Shown here: positions 62,961 through 64,000 of the stretch, one piece after another
Layout of the letters: each line of letters opens with the position of its first letter
Numbering within the stretch: position 1 is the stretch's first letter
DNA from: Bacteroidota bacterium
GTDB taxonomy: Bacteria; Bacteroidota; Ignavibacteria; UBA10030; UBA6906
DNA length: 64,000 nt
Direction: 5' to 3'
Assembly: GCA_040756745.1 (NCBI GenBank)
Contig: JBFLYO010000016.1
Coordinates: 8,655-72,654, forward strand
The notes under the pieces: model-generated
What the model saw: only the letters and a program-made list of their open reading frames with translations
What the model was told of the DNA's origin: nothing
Database searches by the model: none
Made by a program: the position numbers and the translations under genes

Positions 62961-64000
62961 ACGGACCGTTTGTCATCGGCATCGATGCAGGAACCGGGAG
63001 CGTTCGTGCCGCACTGTTCGACAGGTCAGGTCGGATGGCGGGGTACGGTGCGCGGGACATTACCCTCTGGCGTCCCACAGAACACTATGTTGAGCAGTCA
63101 TCCGACGAGATCTGGGGGGCGGCATGTGGCGCAACCCGCGATGCGCTCGCGGCTGCGCAGGTGTCGCCGGACGACGTCGCCGGCATCTCCTTCGACGCCA
63201 CCTGCTCGCTTGTTGCGCTCGATCGAAACGACCGACCGCTGACCGTCTCACCTACAGGCAATGCCGCTCAAAACGTCATTGTCTGGATGGATCACCGCGC
63301 CATTGCCGAAGCGGAGCACATCACCGCATCGCGTCACCGCCTGCTCCGGTATGTGGGTGGGAGAATCTCCCCAGAGATGGAGCCCCCAAAACTCCTCTGG
63401 CTGCGTAAGCACATTCCCTCCACATGGAAGGAGGCGGGGAAGTTCCTTGATCTAGCCGACTTCCTGACGTACCGTGCGACGGGAGTCGACGCTCGGAGTC
63501 TGTGCACCACGACCTGCAAGTGGGCGTACGACGGACCGCGAGGGATGTGGGACGAATCGTTCTATGCGTCCTTCGGAATGGGTGCTCTCATCCGGGACAA
63601 CAAAATCGGCTCGCGCATAGTCCCGATGGGGACGCTCCTGGGCACGCTGACGCAGGAGGCGGCCGACGGGCTCGGGCTGCGGATGGGAACGAAGGTCGCG
63701 GCGGGCATCATCGATGCCCACGCAGGAGGGATCGGGGTGATGGGGATGGGGTTCCGTTCGGCGCCGACGCCCGCTCAACTCGAGGGGGTGCTCGCCCTCA
63801 TCGGCGGGACTTCGTCCTGTCACATGGCAGTGTCCCGAATGCCGAAATTCATCGGCGGCATCTGGGGGCCTTACAAGAGCGCCATGATCCCCGGACTCTG
63901 GCTCACCGAAGGAGGACAGAGCGCGACGGGATCGTTGCTCGATCACATGATCAGCAACAACGGCCGGTACGGCGAAATTCGCACGGAAGCGGAGCGGCAA
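62957..64000 (+). CDS. FGGY-family pentulose/sugar kinase (partial; continues beyond window end)
   Basis: ATG at 62957 overlaps the SBP stop (ATGA). MNGPFVIGIDAGTGSVRAALFD and the following FGGY N-domain blocks. No stop before 64000, so it is absent from the ORF track. Confidence 0.75.
   Translation, partial: MNGPFVIGIDAGTGSVRAALFDRSGRMAGYGARDITLWRPTEHYVEQSSDEIWGAACGATRDALAAAQVSPDDVAGISFDATCSLVALDRNDRPLTVSPTGNAAQNVIVWMDHRAIAEAEHITASRHRLLRYVGGRISPEMEPPKLLWLRKHIPSTWKEAGKFLDLADFLTYRATGVDARSLCTTTCKWAYDGPRGMWDESFYASFGMGALIRDNKIGSRIVPMGTLLGTLTQEAADGLGLRMGTKVAAGIIDAHAGGIGVMGMGFRSAPTPAQLEGVLALIGGTSSCHMAVSRMPKFIGGIWGPYKSAMIPGLWLTEGGQSATGSLLDHMISNNGRYGEIRTEAERQ

Noticed and set aside
1-64000. tRNA, rRNA, transposase, integrase or phage genes
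   Set aside because: No cloverleaf-compatible conserved tRNA motifs and no transposase or integrase-like ORFs were seen. The window appears to be core or accessory metabolic DNA rather than a mobile element.

Overview
High-GC (~65%) bacterial window that is almost entirely coding, with no rRNA, tRNA, CRISPR, transposase or integrase detected. It is a dense carbohydrate-utilisation region, and its markers suggest the FCB superphylum. Those markers are a SusC-like TonB-dependent receptor with an N-terminal CarboxypepD_reg domain, a PorV/PorQ-like outer-membrane protein, and a cargo protein with a T9SS-type C-terminal tail. Nearly all genes from 1 to 47.3 kb are on the minus strand, in four or five long translationally coupled operons with many ATGA/GTGA start-stop overlaps. 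Operon 1 (21269 down to 1, about 21 kb) is led by an IclR regulator. It encodes a sugar-phosphate isomerase-type TIM barrel, a DUF4432-like protein, a Gfo/Idh/MocA oxidoreductase, a heparinase II/III-like lyase, a class III aminotransferase, a tandem amidohydrolase-2 protein and a 919-aa secreted protein. It continues with a tandemly duplicated two-gene module (a ~600-aa secreted protein plus a BNR beta-propeller, twice), a PfkB kinase, a GH38 alpha-mannosidase and a ferritin-like protein. Operon 2 (31400 down to 21394) is L-rhamnose catabolism: a signal-peptide class V aminotransferase, two sodium:solute symporter paralogs, a fused rhamnulose-1-P aldolase/short-chain dehydrogenase, an FGGY kinase and an RhaI-type L-rhamnose isomerase. 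Next come a Tat-exported GH15-like hydrolase, then an operon with a MetE-C-terminal-like methyltransferase-fold protein, two PhyH-family dioxygenases and two unknown proteins, and then a TonB receptor / T9SS cargo / PorV operon. A divergent plus-strand operon runs from 47.7 kb to the window end. It carries a TIM-barrel protein, a cupin, a Gfo/Idh/MocA oxidoreductase, a creatininase-family protein, a large secreted protein, a GH47 alpha-1,2-mannosidase, an S9 peptidase, a URO-D-like protein, a fucose-isomerase-like protein, sugar ABC transporter components and a partial FGGY kinase. Intergenic spacers carry an unusual family of palindromic elements built from 6-7 nt tandem repeats (GAGATT/TTAAGG/GTCAGAA types), plus a 19-nt direct repeat bracketing one gene and an AT-rich perfect palindrome upstream of the IclR gene. 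The long plus-strand ORFs across the minus-strand operons are antisense shadows typical of high-GC DNA.
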